The position numbers and the translations under genes are program-made. A DNA stretch of 64,000 nt from a virus, in IMG/VR virus record IMGVR_UViG_3300042863_000830, positions 3,711-67,710 of that record; one strand, 5' to 3'. The notes beneath the pieces are model-generated. The model searched no databases and was not told where the DNA came from. It worked only from the letters and a program-made list of their open reading frames with translations. Below, piece by piece: positions 1-9,193 of this stretch. The first letter of the stretch is position 1; each line of letters begins with the position of its first letter.

Positions 1-65
1 AATAAATTTAATATTTTTTTTCTACTATCTTTGCCATGTTAATGGTTTAGTACGGACAACTGATC

Positions 66-99
66 CCCCCGGTACCTTTTTAGGCGGCCGGGTTTTTTA
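66..99 (+). terminator. probable intrinsic terminator
   Basis: CCCGG...CCGGG imperfect stem followed by a T-run. Confidence 0.4.
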
Positions 100-174
100 T
101 TTTCCAAATCCTCTGAAAACCAAGCCACATCTATAATAACTCGCGTAAGCGAAAAATTTAAAACTCAATCACTT

Positions 175-420
175 AGAGGGAGAGGGGGTAACGTAACGAA
201 ACAGGGTGTAGTCAACCGCAAGGGGGAACGGGCAAAGTGGTGGTACGGGGGTTCGGTTTTTGGTTTTGGGTTTTGGTTATGGGTACGGGCAATTGCTTGG
301 TGTATATGGGTTGTAGGGTGGTTTAGTGGTTGCAATGTGGTCAGGTCAGGCAGTTGTATGTATGTGGTTAGGGGGATGTGTTGGTATTGGTATGAAGGAG
401 GGGAATGGGTAGGTGATTTG
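175..420. other. G/T-skewed non-coding tract with many G-runs
   Basis: + strand strongly C-poor; runs such as GGGGG, TTTTGGTTTTGGGTTTTGG; no credible ORF. Confidence 0.7.
314..391 (+). repeat. inverted repeat, left copy (78 bp)
   Basis: exact reverse complement of 63923-64000, compared base by base. Confidence 0.95.
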
Positions 421-437
421 CTAATAATATAAAAAAC

Positions 438-502
438 ATACCAAATATTTGGTACCAATATTTTATTTATACTATATTTGTGGTACCAAAAAAATGGTAT
501 AG
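438..502 (+). promoter_or_regulatory. Bacteroidota-type promoter overlapped by TGGTACCA palindromes (candidate operators)
   Basis: TTTG 448-451, 21-nt spacer, TATATTTG 473-480; palindromes TACCAAATATTTGGTA 439-454 and TGGTACCA at 450-457 and 481-488. Confidence 0.65.
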
Positions 503-504
503 AT

Positions 505-759
505 ATGTCAAGAGAGATTTTATACAAAAAAGAAGTTGGCGGTAGTGTAAAAATTGATGTGTCGCCAAAACAAGAAGTTGCCAAAGCGGATACTTTGGTA
601 GATTGGTTAAAAACCCATGAATTAATCAATATTTCGGCACTTTGTAGGCAAGCGGGTATCAATAGGTCAAATTTTGATAAAAGTCTTAAAATGGGGCTTA
701 TTTCGCCAAAACACGAAACAGTATTATCTAAAATTTTAAAAAAATATGGTTATGTTTAG
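505..759 (+). CDS. small helix-turn-helix DNA-binding protein
   Basis: INISALCRQAGINRSNF HTH-like segment; ATG 505 preferred because the TTG start at 478 overlaps the promoter. Confidence 0.6.
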   Translation: MSREILYKKEVGGSVKIDVSPKQEVAKADTLVDWLKTHELINISALCRQAGINRSNFDKSLKMGLISPKHETVLSKILKKYGYV

Positions 760-986
760 TTTTTTCAATGATTTTCATTCAAGTAAATATTCAAATGAGT
801 TTTTTTTATTTCCATCTTTGTCTTTTATAAGATCAAAAAATTCAAATTTTATGGGAATTTCAATTAGATGGGGGTATTGGGGCGTAGTAATTGGTTTTAG
901 GGGTAAAAATTAATTTAATGTTAATATTTTGATATTTATTTTCAATAAAGCAATTTAATTTGTTAATTTTATATTAAAATGTTTTA

Positions 987-1958
987 ATGACACAAAAACA
1001 GCAACTAGCGGCCGAGTATTTAGCAAAATTCCCGTCTATTAGTAAACACTCAATTGCGGCTAAACTTTACAATGATCATGAACATATTTTTAACAGCGTA
1101 GAACACGCAAGGACTGCAATAAGAGGAGTTTCAAGTGCTTGCGGAAAAAAGTCAAGTAAATATATAAAAATTACACATACTCCGGATTTGCCTCCATCTA
1201 AAATGCAAAACAGAGCATTTGTAGATTTACCAACAAGTTCTAATAATATTCTTTGGCTATCAGATATTCACATTCCAAATCAAGACAACGATGCTATTAA
1301 GTTAGCTATTGAGTATGGGGTTAAGAATAAAATTAATTGTATTGTATTGGGAGGAGATATTTTAGACAACACCCCGTTTACAAGTCATGATGCACCGCCT
1401 CCGGGAAAAGATGATGTAGTTGAGTGGTTTGAATATTGTGAAATATTTCTTTCGCATTTAAGAACAAAATTTCCAAAAGCACATATAGTTTGGCTAGAGG
1501 GAAATCATGATAATTGGTATGTAAGATACTTAATGAAAAAAGCACCTGTATTTTTTAATGATGAATATTACAGATTGCCGCAAAGACTTGATTTAAAAAA
1601 ATATAACGTAGAATTTTATGAACAACATGTAGTGGTTCGCGCGGGTAAGTTGCACATGCTACATGGCCACACAATTGTGAGAGGATTCATGGCACCCGTA
1701 AACGCTGCAAGAGGCGTATTTATGAGAGCTAAAAGCTCAATGATTATTGGTCATGTTCACGCTACTTCAAATCATTCTGAAACAAATATAAAAGAAGAAC
1801 AGATTAGTTGTTGGAGTGTTGGATGCTTATGCACATTAGCTCCGGACTATGATCCACACAATACAAAACACAATGTAGGATTCGCGCATATCTTGGTAGA
1901 AAAAAATGGAGAATTTGAAGTTCTAAATAAAAGAATTATTAATGATAAAATTTTATAA
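987..1958 (+). CDS. calcineurin-like metallophosphoesterase
   Basis: SDIH, GGDILD, GNHD, HGH and GHVH motifs in canonical order. Confidence 0.85.
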   Translation: MTQKQQLAAEYLAKFPSISKHSIAAKLYNDHEHIFNSVEHARTAIRGVSSACGKKSSKYIKITHTPDLPPSKMQNRAFVDLPTSSNNILWLSDIHIPNQDNDAIKLAIEYGVKNKINCIVLGGDILDNTPFTSHDAPPPGKDDVVEWFEYCEIFLSHLRTKFPKAHIVWLEGNHDNWYVRYLMKKAPVFFNDEYYRLPQRLDLKKYNVEFYEQHVVVRAGKLHMLHGHTIVRGFMAPVNAARGVFMRAKSSMIIGHVHATSNHSETNIKEEQISCWSVGCLCTLAPDYDPHNTKHNVGFAHILVEKNGEFEVLNKRIINDKIL

Positions 1959-2579
1959 TTATTTCTTAGAATAATTTAATATTATATATTCAGACATATC
2001 TTTAGGAACATTTCTATATGTTTTTTTAAAACCCTTGGGAGCCATTTCTATTAAAGTTTTATCAGTATATATTCCAGTAGGAAATCTTTTAAGAATAGGC
2101 ATCATGTGATAACTGTATAAATATACATTTGCCTTTTTTACATATCTAGTTAGGTTAACTGGAAGATTCCATTTCTTTATTTTTTCAATAGCTCTTATTT
2201 CGCAATCTTTTTCTAGCTCAACCATAGAGTCAAGCATATTAAGTACTTGTGTTTTATTAAGCATAATATTACCTGCTAGCCAATCCCATGTTTTGCCTGT
2301 ATTATCATTCCAATCATTCCACCTTTCGTCAGACTTCCATTGTTCCATATGTGAAAATTCATGGATAAGTATTTCAACCCATTCTTCAAAAGGTTTCCCA
2401 CAAGCAACCACAAGCGCTTTGTCTGTATCACAAAAATATCCACTACATTCTTGCAAATAATCATCTGTTAGCACTACGCGCCTTGATGGCGATAAAATTA
2501 ATTCTATCCCATATTTCTTACATTGTCTTTTTACTGATGTTATAAAAGGCTTATATTCTTCGGGGATATTGTATCTCAT
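1959..2579 (-). CDS. HExxH zinc metallopeptidase-like protein
   Basis: LIHEFSH motif with a downstream Glu (ELEKDCE). Confidence 0.6.
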   Translation of the reverse strand: MRYNIPEEYKPFITSVKRQCKKYGIELILSPSRRVVLTDDYLQECSGYFCDTDKALVVACGKPFEEWVEILIHEFSHMEQWKSDERWNDWNDNTGKTWDWLAGNIMLNKTQVLNMLDSMVELEKDCEIRAIEKIKKWNLPVNLTRYVKKANVYLYSYHMMPILKRFPTGIYTDKTLIEMAPKGFKKTYRNVPKDMSEYIILNYSKK

Positions 2580-2604
2580 ATCTCAAAATTAAGACTAAAA
2601 CTAC

Positions 2605-2632
2605 AAAAAACCCCCGTTATAAATAACAGGGG
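2605..2632 (-). terminator. intrinsic terminator, minus strand
   Basis: CCCCGTTAT/ATAACAGGGG stem with an A-run on + (U-run on -). Confidence 0.5.
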
Positions 2633-2688
2633 CTTCAACTAAAATCTAACCAAAAAAAAACACGGAACTATGTAAAATTATGTGTTTT

Positions 2689-3237
2689 TTAAATTATTTT
2701 TAAAAATTTCTTTTTAACCAAGTCCAATTTAGCCCTATATTCAATAATTAGGCTTTTAAGCTCGTCTTTTGTTGGTTTAGCAACCTGCCTAGCTAATTCT
2801 TGAAGGTATTCGACTGTCCCAGATCTTTCTTGGTCTAATTTTTTAGCATATACATCCAAATTACCGGATAAAAACACATTGTCATTTTCAGACTGCGGGC
2901 GACAGTTTTGCTCAAGCCATCTGGTGCCTAAATTAGCTCTTGGGATAAAATGCCCATTTTGGATTTTAGTCCAATGATATTTTTTACCTGAAGTAAAACA
3001 CTCAACCATACCTTCTTTATCAGCATATTTGCATCTAATGTATTGGCTAAAAACATGATCAAGATCTTCTGTTAAATTTTTGAAACTTTCAAAATCTTCT
3101 TCTTCATGTGCGTCCATTCTCCTTTGTGTGCTATGTATTGTGGCGCATTGTTTACACATTTTTTTTGAAAAATGATAATCAATTTTACTGCAATTAATGC
3201 ATCTTTTCTTTTTTACAATTATTGTTGAGTTTCTCAT
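2689..3237 (-). CDS. ninG: NinG/Rap-family recombination endonuclease
   Basis: LDHVFSQYIR...CFTSG...QNGHFIPR...TRW..NCRPQ pattern typical of NinG. Confidence 0.8.
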   Translation of the reverse strand: MRNSTIIVKKKRCINCSKIDYHFSKKMCKQCATIHSTQRRMDAHEEEDFESFKNLTEDLDHVFSQYIRCKYADKEGMVECFTSGKKYHWTKIQNGHFIPRANLGTRWLEQNCRPQSENDNVFLSGNLDVYAKKLDQERSGTVEYLQELARQVAKPTKDELKSLIIEYRAKLDLVKKKFLKII

Positions 3238-3854
3238 TTATTTTCGTTAATATCATAATAAAAAGAATTTGTATCTTCTACCACCCATTTGTCAGACTGG
3301 TTTTCAACGGAATCTAAATTGGTGTCAACCTTAAATTGTTTTAAATCTTCTGGCAATTGTTTTGTTACCCAATTAGAATCTTTCCAAAATATTCTATTAT
3401 TAGGCATACATAACAAGTACCCATCATCAGACTCTAAAACATGTCCACACTTGTAATCAGATGGCTCATCGCTATATGGGTTGTTATACCAATCAATTGT
3501 AAAAATGTATGTTGCCCAAACTTTTGTGCTATCTCTTAAAACAACTTGACATCTATGAAATGCTAAAAAATCATATTCAATTATAGATACATTTTCACTA
3601 AAACAATCCCATAATTGTTTGTAATTATAAGGAATATCTTTTGTTGGCATTTTAGTGTAAATTTCAGATAGAGGTACTCTGCTTCTTAGCATGCCAGAAT
3701 CGGTAAGAACATGAAATGTAACTATTTTCCCTGCACAAGATTGTAAAGCAAATACATATACATTGTAAAACTCATCAGCATCAACTTCATTTTTTGTAAA
3801 ATATGATTTTCTTACAAATGCTTTAAAACTTGGAATGTTTGAATTTAATTTCAT
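3234..3854 (-). CDS. phage hypothetical protein
   Basis: 206-aa ORF coupled to both neighbours by ATGA overlaps. Confidence 0.7.
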   Translation of the reverse strand: MKLNSNIPSFKAFVRKSYFTKNEVDADEFYNVYVFALQSCAGKIVTFHVLTDSGMLRSRVPLSEIYTKMPTKDIPYNYKQLWDCFSENVSIIEYDFLAFHRCQVVLRDSTKVWATYIFTIDWYNNPYSDEPSDYKCGHVLESDDGYLLCMPNNRIFWKDSNWVTKQLPEDLKQFKVDTNLDSVENQSDKWVVEDTNSFYYDINENK

Positions 3855-4063
3855 GGTGTTTTTTTTATTTTAATTTTACTAATATATCCTTTTACATATT
3901 CCCAGTATAAATGATTATCTGGATCTTTACATTTATAGATTTTATCTTCAGCATATTTAACTGCTTCTAATTTTGCTTTGTCTATACGTTCTTCAAATGG
4001 GATATTTTTTAATTTTAAAAAAAACTTAGTGTAAATCTCTACCGCTTTCTCTTTGTGGGACAT
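3851..4063 (-). CDS. hypothetical protein
   Basis: 70-aa ORF coupled to the next gene. Confidence 0.6.
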   Translation of the reverse strand: MSHKEKAVEIYTKFFLKLKNIPFEERIDKAKLEAVKYAEDKIYKCKDPDNHLYWEYVKGYISKIKIKKTP

Positions 4064-4199
4064 TTTCTGGTTTTTCTTTTAGTTTATGTAATTTATTGCC
4101 TATAAATCTATATTTTCCTTGATACTCCCCTTTCTTATGTACCTCTATTACCATATCAAGTTTTTTGGCTAATTCATAGATTAATTCTTTGTTTTCCAT
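4026..4199 (-). CDS. small hypothetical protein (57 aa, MENKELIYEL...)
   Basis: read by hand; first ORF after a minus-strand TATATTTG element at 4203-4210. Confidence 0.55.
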   Translation of the reverse strand: MENKELIYELAKKLDMVIEVHKKGEYQGKYRFIGNKLHKLKEKPENVPQRESGRDLH

Positions 4200-4292
4200 T
4201 GGCAAATATAATTAATTTAATAATTTAACAAAAAAAATTTTTGGAATTTAAATTAAATACTTTTACTTTGCTCTTGTAAACAACTAAAATTT
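4200..4292. promoter_or_regulatory. divergent promoter region
   Basis: AT-rich gap between leftward and rightward operons; TATATTTG on the minus strand at 4203-4210. Confidence 0.55.
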
Positions 4293-4499
4293 ATGGAAAA
4301 AGAAACAACGCTTGACGCTAGAGATGCGGTTTTATTACATTTGGAAGAAATAGAGAGGAATTTATCTTGGCTTTCGGAGAAAACGCAAATACCTTATCCA
4401 ACTCTTTATTCTGTGTTTAAACAGAAGCATTTTTCTTTGTCTGACAAAAATCTAGACAAGATAAACAACGTACTTGGAACTGATTTTAAAAACTTATAA
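4293..4499 (+). CDS. Cro/CI-like HTH protein
   Basis: LSWLSEKTQIPYPTLYS HTH; first gene of the replication operon. Confidence 0.65.
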   Translation: MEKETTLDARDAVLLHLEEIERNLSWLSEKTQIPYPTLYSVFKQKHFSLSDKNLDKINNVLGTDFKNL

Positions 4500-4511
4500 C
4501 TCAACTAAAAA

Positions 4512-5237
4512 ATGTCAAAGGACACATTTTATTTTTCACATGACTACAATAGTAGGAATGATGAAAAAATTAAAAAGCTAATTAGAAAACACGGGATGCA
4601 GGGGTATGGTATTTTTTGGGCTATTGTGGAAGAACTATACAATAATGCGAACGCATTGCATTTGGATTACGATGGCATTGCATTTGATTTAAGAACGGAA
4701 AGCGACATTATAAAAAGCGTATTACACGACTTTGATTTATTCGTTTTTAATGGTGATAATTTTGGTAGTTTATCTGTGCAAAATAGAATAAATAACCGAC
4801 AAGACAAAAGCCAAAAAGCTAGAGATAGCGCGTATTCTAGATGGAATAAAAATAAAATTGATGCGAACGCATTGCAAACGCAATCCGATAGCAATGCTAT
4901 AAAGGAAAGGAAAGGAAAGGAAATAAAAGGAAAGGAAAGTAAAGAAAGTAAACCAAGTATTGATGAGTTTCTATCTTTTTGCAAGGATGATATGATAAAA
5001 AACGGGATGATTTTTTCTTTGTATGAGTATTCGTTAAAATCTAAATTTTTATCATGGGTTGAAAATGATTGGAAAGACGGGAATAACAAGCCGATTAAAT
5101 CATGGAAATCTAAAATACGAAATACTATTCCGTTTTTAAAACCAATAAGCCTTACCACTAGTAATTCGTATCAAGATAAAGTGAACCAAGCCGTAAAAGC
5201 ATTTAAACCAATTCAGCAGTATGATAACGATCTTTAA
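4512..5237 (+). CDS. replication initiator-like protein (DUF4373/Lin1244-type N-terminus)
   Basis: YFSHDYNSRNDEKI...GYGIFWAIVEELY; internal DNA repeats; upstream of the helicase. Confidence 0.75.
   Translation: MSKDTFYFSHDYNSRNDEKIKKLIRKHGMQGYGIFWAIVEELYNNANALHLDYDGIAFDLRTESDIIKSVLHDFDLFVFNGDNFGSLSVQNRINNRQDKSQKARDSAYSRWNKNKIDANALQTQSDSNAIKERKGKEIKGKESKESKPSIDEFLSFCKDDMIKNGMIFSLYEYSLKSKFLSWVENDWKDGNNKPIKSWKSKIRNTIPFLKPISLTTSNSYQDKVNQAVKAFKPIQQYDNDL
4645..4952. repeat. iteron-like repeats plus purine tract (candidate origin)
   Basis: ATGCGAACGCATTGCA at 4645-4660 and 4861-4876; ATAGCA-A-TGCTAT at 4888-4900; (AAAGG)n-like tract 4901-4952. Confidence 0.65.
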
Positions 5238-7077
5238 AAACATTTATTCCAAGGAGCCTAACTATGTAACTCTAGAATATGGTTTAAACCGCATTAGGGA
5301 GGGCAAGAGTCGCCTATCTGTGTCCGAGATAAGGAATACTATCGATAAAGAAAAATCTGCCAATTTAAAGAAGAATTTGCCCTCTGTGTGTTTTTCTGGA
5401 AAATTTGGTGCAGAAAGGAAGGATTCTGACCTGATTCAGCATAGCGGATACATAGTCTTGGATTTTGACAACATTTTTGAACTAAGAGATCGCCAAACCG
5501 AGATTATCAGCAATAAATTCGTTTACGCTTGTTGGGTTAGCCCTTCAGGTAATGGGTTAAAAGCCTTGATTAAAATTGCAGATGGTAGTAAGCATAGAGA
5601 ACATTTTCAAGCATTGCAGGATATATTCCCCGATATTGACAAAAGTGGGGTTAATCCAAGCAGAGTATGTTACGAAAGCTACGATCCCGATATTTACATA
5701 AACGAAAAAGCTGAGGTTTTTAAAACCATAAAAAAGACCGAAAAAATTGTTATTTATGAAAAAACCGATGATGATGACAAGATTTTTAAGAAACTTTTAA
5801 CATGGTTATCTAACAAGAACGAGGCATTTGTAACCGGAGAAAGAAACAATTTTATTTTTAAATTAGCATCAGCTTGTTGTCGTTATGGTATTGATGAATT
5901 GACAGCTAATTCAATGATTAACAATGAATTTTTAAGTAATTCAGAGTTTACAAAAAGAGAATCAGATAATGCTATTTCATCTGCTTATAGAACAAATAGG
6001 GGTAGGTTTAGCAGTGCATCTTTTGATAAAGAAATTTTAGTTGATAAGACTTCTAAGTTAGAAGTTAAAGTAGAAAATGGTGTTATTGACGAAGATGGAA
6101 GATTGAATGATGTAATCTATGGAATTGATGTAAAAGAGCAAGCACTTGGATTGTATGAGCAAGGTTACGCCGCAGTGAGTGGAATTAACGTAAAAGAAAT
6201 GGACTTTGCTTTCAAGCCAAAAAAGGGAGAGATAACTGTGTTAACCGGTATAGGTAACTACGGAAAATCTTCTTGGAAAAAATGGTATCAGGCAATGCGA
6301 ATTTTGTTATATGGAGAAAAGTTTGCTACCTTCTCACCAGAAGATAATCCACCAGAAGAATACTATCACGATTTTGTAGAAATTTTACTTGGTTGCGATT
6401 GTACTCCTGCAAATCCAAATAGACCTTCAAGACAAATTTACGAATACACATACGACTTTGTTTGTAAGCACATTTTTTATGTTTATCCTAAAAATGTTAC
6501 TCCAACTCCTCAGTATATAATGGAAGTTTTTTTACAATTGATTGTAAAGGAAAATGTTGATGGTGTTGACATTGATCCATTTAATCAATTAGCAAATAAT
6601 TACCAAAACTTTGGTGGTAGAGATAAATATCTTGAATGGGTTTTATCTTTATTTTCTAGATTTTCGCAAACAAATAATGTTTACTTTTGGATAATCGCAC
6701 ATCCGGTTAAAATGCAAAAAGCAACAGATGGGAACTATCCTTGTCCTGATGTTTTTGACATTGCCGATGGTGCATTATGGAATAATAAACTCGATAATAT
6801 TTTAGTTTATCATAGACCATTTGGACAAACAGATCCTCAAAATCCCACTTGCGAATTTCATAGTAAAAAAATTCGTAGACAAAAAATAGTTGGTAAAAAG
6901 GGGTTTTTTGTATTTGAAATGTTATTTAAAACTAGAAGATTCTTTTTTAATGGTTCAGATCCTATGCAAAAACTTTTGAATGAAAAAAATATGACATTTA
7001 AAACCGAATCAGGACAAGAAGCATCGCAAGGGTGGGTGCCTTTTGAAAACGAAAACGGAGAAGAAATAATTTTCTAA
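5221..7077 (+). CDS. primase-helicase (BT4734/VirE_N-like N-terminus, SF4 helicase C-terminus)
   Basis: KKNLPSVCFSG, VLDFD and SPSGNGLK; Walker A GIGNYGKS; IDPFNQ and IIAHP SF4 motifs. Confidence 0.85.
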   Translation: MITIFKNIYSKEPNYVTLEYGLNRIREGKSRLSVSEIRNTIDKEKSANLKKNLPSVCFSGKFGAERKDSDLIQHSGYIVLDFDNIFELRDRQTEIISNKFVYACWVSPSGNGLKALIKIADGSKHREHFQALQDIFPDIDKSGVNPSRVCYESYDPDIYINEKAEVFKTIKKTEKIVIYEKTDDDDKIFKKLLTWLSNKNEAFVTGERNNFIFKLASACCRYGIDELTANSMINNEFLSNSEFTKRESDNAISSAYRTNRGRFSSASFDKEILVDKTSKLEVKVENGVIDEDGRLNDVIYGIDVKEQALGLYEQGYAAVSGINVKEMDFAFKPKKGEITVLTGIGNYGKSSWKKWYQAMRILLYGEKFATFSPEDNPPEEYYHDFVEILLGCDCTPANPNRPSRQIYEYTYDFVCKHIFYVYPKNVTPTPQYIMEVFLQLIVKENVDGVDIDPFNQLANNYQNFGGRDKYLEWVLSLFSRFSQTNNVYFWIIAHPVKMQKATDGNYPCPDVFDIADGALWNNKLDNILVYHRPFGQTDPQNPTCEFHSKKIRRQKIVGKKGFFVFEMLFKTRRFFFNGSDPMQKLLNEKNMTFKTESGQEASQGWVPFENENGEEIIF

Positions 7078-7094
7078 ATATAAAACAATAAACA

Positions 7095-7481
7095 ATGATT
7101 AAAATGCAAGTAATCGGGCATCTAGGACAAGATGCCACAGTAAACAATGTAAACGGCAAAAGTGTAATTAATTTTTCTGTTGCCCATTCTGAAAAGTACA
7201 AAAACAAAGATGGATTAGAAGTAAACAAGTCTATTTGGGTAAGTGCAGCTTATTGGACTGATAGAACAGCTATTGCCCCTTATTTAAAAAAAGGAACACA
7301 AGTGTATTTAGAAGGAATGCCAGAAGCAAAAACTTACACAAACAAAAATAACGAAACGTTGCCACAACTAAATATAAGAGTAGCATCATTAACCCTGCTG
7401 TCAAGTAGCAAACCGGCCTCTAATGATGATTTTTTAAACCAACCAAATGGTTTTGAAACAACAAACGAAAACCCGTTGTAA
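7095..7481 (+). CDS. ssb: single-stranded DNA-binding protein
   Basis: VIGHLGQDA, FSVAHSE and YLKKGTQVYLEG OB-fold motifs; acidic tail. Confidence 0.9.
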   Translation: MIKMQVIGHLGQDATVNNVNGKSVINFSVAHSEKYKNKDGLEVNKSIWVSAAYWTDRTAIAPYLKKGTQVYLEGMPEAKTYTNKNNETLPQLNIRVASLTLLSSSKPASNDDFLNQPNGFETTNENPL

Positions 7482-7484
7482 TGT

Positions 7485-7712
7485 ATGTATATTCACGAAT
7501 TAAGAAATATAATTTATGTCAAAACGCCGCTTGGTAACGGAAAAGCAATCGCTTGGATTGATTACGGAACAGAACTTAACACTGTTTGGAAGGTCATATT
7601 GCACGAATCTGGCATGGTGCGGAACTTTTACGACACAGACATCCTCGTATTGCCCAACAAAATGGACGGAGGAAATATCGACCACAACTATTTTAAAAAA
7701 CCAAAAATATGA
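7485..7712 (+). CDS. phage hypothetical protein
   Basis: 75-aa ORF tightly packed in the operon. Confidence 0.65.
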   Translation: MYIHELRNIIYVKTPLGNGKAIAWIDYGTELNTVWKVILHESGMVRNFYDTDILVLPNKMDGGNIDHNYFKKPKI

Positions 7713-7715
7713 ATC

Positions 7716-8000
7716 ATGACACAATTAGCATCAATTTGTCAATCTTTGTTAAAAGGGGAAATATTATCAATAATGAATGGTTTCCATAACTTTGGATGCA
7801 CTAACTTGCCTAGAGAAATAGGCAGAGGTGTAGAAAGAAAGTTTGGGGCTTCAGTTGAAAGGCAGGAGGTATCATTTAAGTCAAGATACAATCATGTTGG
7901 GGTTTATTACAAGTATAGATTAGATACAAAAGATCCAAAAAACAAGGAAGCAATAAAAAAAATGAAGGATTATATTAAAAAAACACAAAAATTAAATTAA
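7716..8000 (+). CDS. winged-HTH-like protein
   Basis: LLKGEILS...FGCTNLPREI resembles phage winged-HTH proteins. Confidence 0.5.
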   Translation: MTQLASICQSLLKGEILSIMNGFHNFGCTNLPREIGRGVERKFGASVERQEVSFKSRYNHVGVYYKYRLDTKDPKNKEAIKKMKDYIKKTQKLN

Positions 8001-8261
8001 ATGAATTTTAAGCCACTAAACAAAAGAGTATTAGTAAAAGTAGATAAAGAGAAAAAACAAACCGATGCCGGTATATTTTTACCCGAATCGGTTCAAAAGG
8101 ACTTTGCAACAGGCGTTGTAGTTGCGGTTGGCGATGAAGCCGAGCTTGTAAAAGTTGATCACAAAATCATGTTTGCCCACAGTGTTGGGGTAGATATTGA
8201 GGTCGATGGCAGCCCTTATAGGTTAATTCCGGACGAAGGCTATATTGACGCAATCGTTTAA
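8001..8261 (+). CDS. groES: co-chaperonin GroES (Cpn10)
   Basis: FKPLNKRVLV...TDAGIFLP...GVVVAVG. Confidence 0.9.
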   Translation: MNFKPLNKRVLVKVDKEKKQTDAGIFLPESVQKDFATGVVVAVGDEAELVKVDHKIMFAHSVGVDIEVDGSPYRLIPDEGYIDAIV

Positions 8262-8266
8262 TTTTT

Positions 8267-8297
8267 AAAATGCCTTCAAAAATATGAGGGCATTTTT
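8267..8297 (+). terminator. intrinsic terminator after groES
   Basis: AAAATGCCTTCA/TGAGGGCATTTT stem plus T-run. Confidence 0.55.
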
Positions 8298-8326
8298 AAT
8301 TTAAATACTATAAAAAACCTAATTTT

Positions 8327-9193
8327 ATGCTAACTATGAAAGCAAAACCAATAAATCATATATTTCTTAATCTAGAAAAGCCAATTCAGGATACTATAAA
8401 ATTGGGAGATTTAGAGCTATATCTTGATGGATCGTATCGACCAGAATGGAACGCAACTGTTGTCGGGGAAGTATATTCTTTGCCAAAAAACCCAAAAGGC
8501 ACAGATGGCAAAGTTGTTTCTAAATTAAAAGAAGGGGACAAGGTGTTATTTGATTATTCTGTTGTAGCTGAAAGAAAATTTGAATCCGATGGAGATTATT
8601 TTACTGAGATTACAAAAGATAGTCCTTATTACCAAAAATTTACTAATGGCAAAGGAGAATCATTATTGATTGTTGCTATGCCGGGTAAGATTTCTCATAT
8701 TTGGGTAGGTACTTATCATGATAAAAGAGGAAATTTTATTGATGGTTGCCAAGGAGCAGAACATAATATTAGTAGATGGAAAGCTCAGTTTAACTTTGGT
8801 AATACTCAATCTTTTTTCTTTAAAAATCTTGTTGACACAGGAACAAAAGGTGTATGGAAAGCGGATTATAGAGATATATTTGCAAAAGTAGAAAATGATG
8901 AATTAATAACAGTTGGCAATAGAATTATTCTTGAACCAATTGATATTGATTTGCCACAAGATGTTATTAAAGAAATGGGTGTAGTAGATACAATCAATGC
9001 AAAAGTAAGACTAGGAGATAGAGCTAAAGTTTTATCTGTGCCAGAGGGGGTGAATTTAAAAAAAGGAGATGTTGTTGGTTTTGAACCACAATTTCTTGAG
9101 AAATATGAATATAACAATAAACAATATTATTTAATAAAATCCTATCGAGCTTTAGGAATTTGGGAGGACACAAACAATGGCATACAACATTAA
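8327..9193 (+). CDS. long GroES-like protein (tandem Cpn10-like domains)
   Basis: KPINHIFL...GEVYSLP...LKEGDKVLFDY and VGNRIILEP...LKKGDVVGF, two Cpn10-like units. Confidence 0.55.
   Translation: MLTMKAKPINHIFLNLEKPIQDTIKLGDLELYLDGSYRPEWNATVVGEVYSLPKNPKGTDGKVVSKLKEGDKVLFDYSVVAERKFESDGDYFTEITKDSPYYQKFTNGKGESLLIVAMPGKISHIWVGTYHDKRGNFIDGCQGAEHNISRWKAQFNFGNTQSFFFKNLVDTGTKGVWKADYRDIFAKVENDELITVGNRIILEPIDIDLPQDVIKEMGVVDTINAKVRLGDRAKVLSVPEGVNLKKGDVVGFEPQFLEKYEYNNKQYYLIKSYRALGIWEDTNNGIQH

Noticed and set aside
165-662. 165-aa minus-strand ORF
   Set aside because: Shadow of the C-poor skewed tract and the HTH gene; biased Pro/Thr/His composition; overlaps a promoter and the inverted repeat
7516-7719. 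Alternative-frame ORF overlapping 7485-7712
   Set aside because: The other frame fits the operon spacing; there is no independent support for this one
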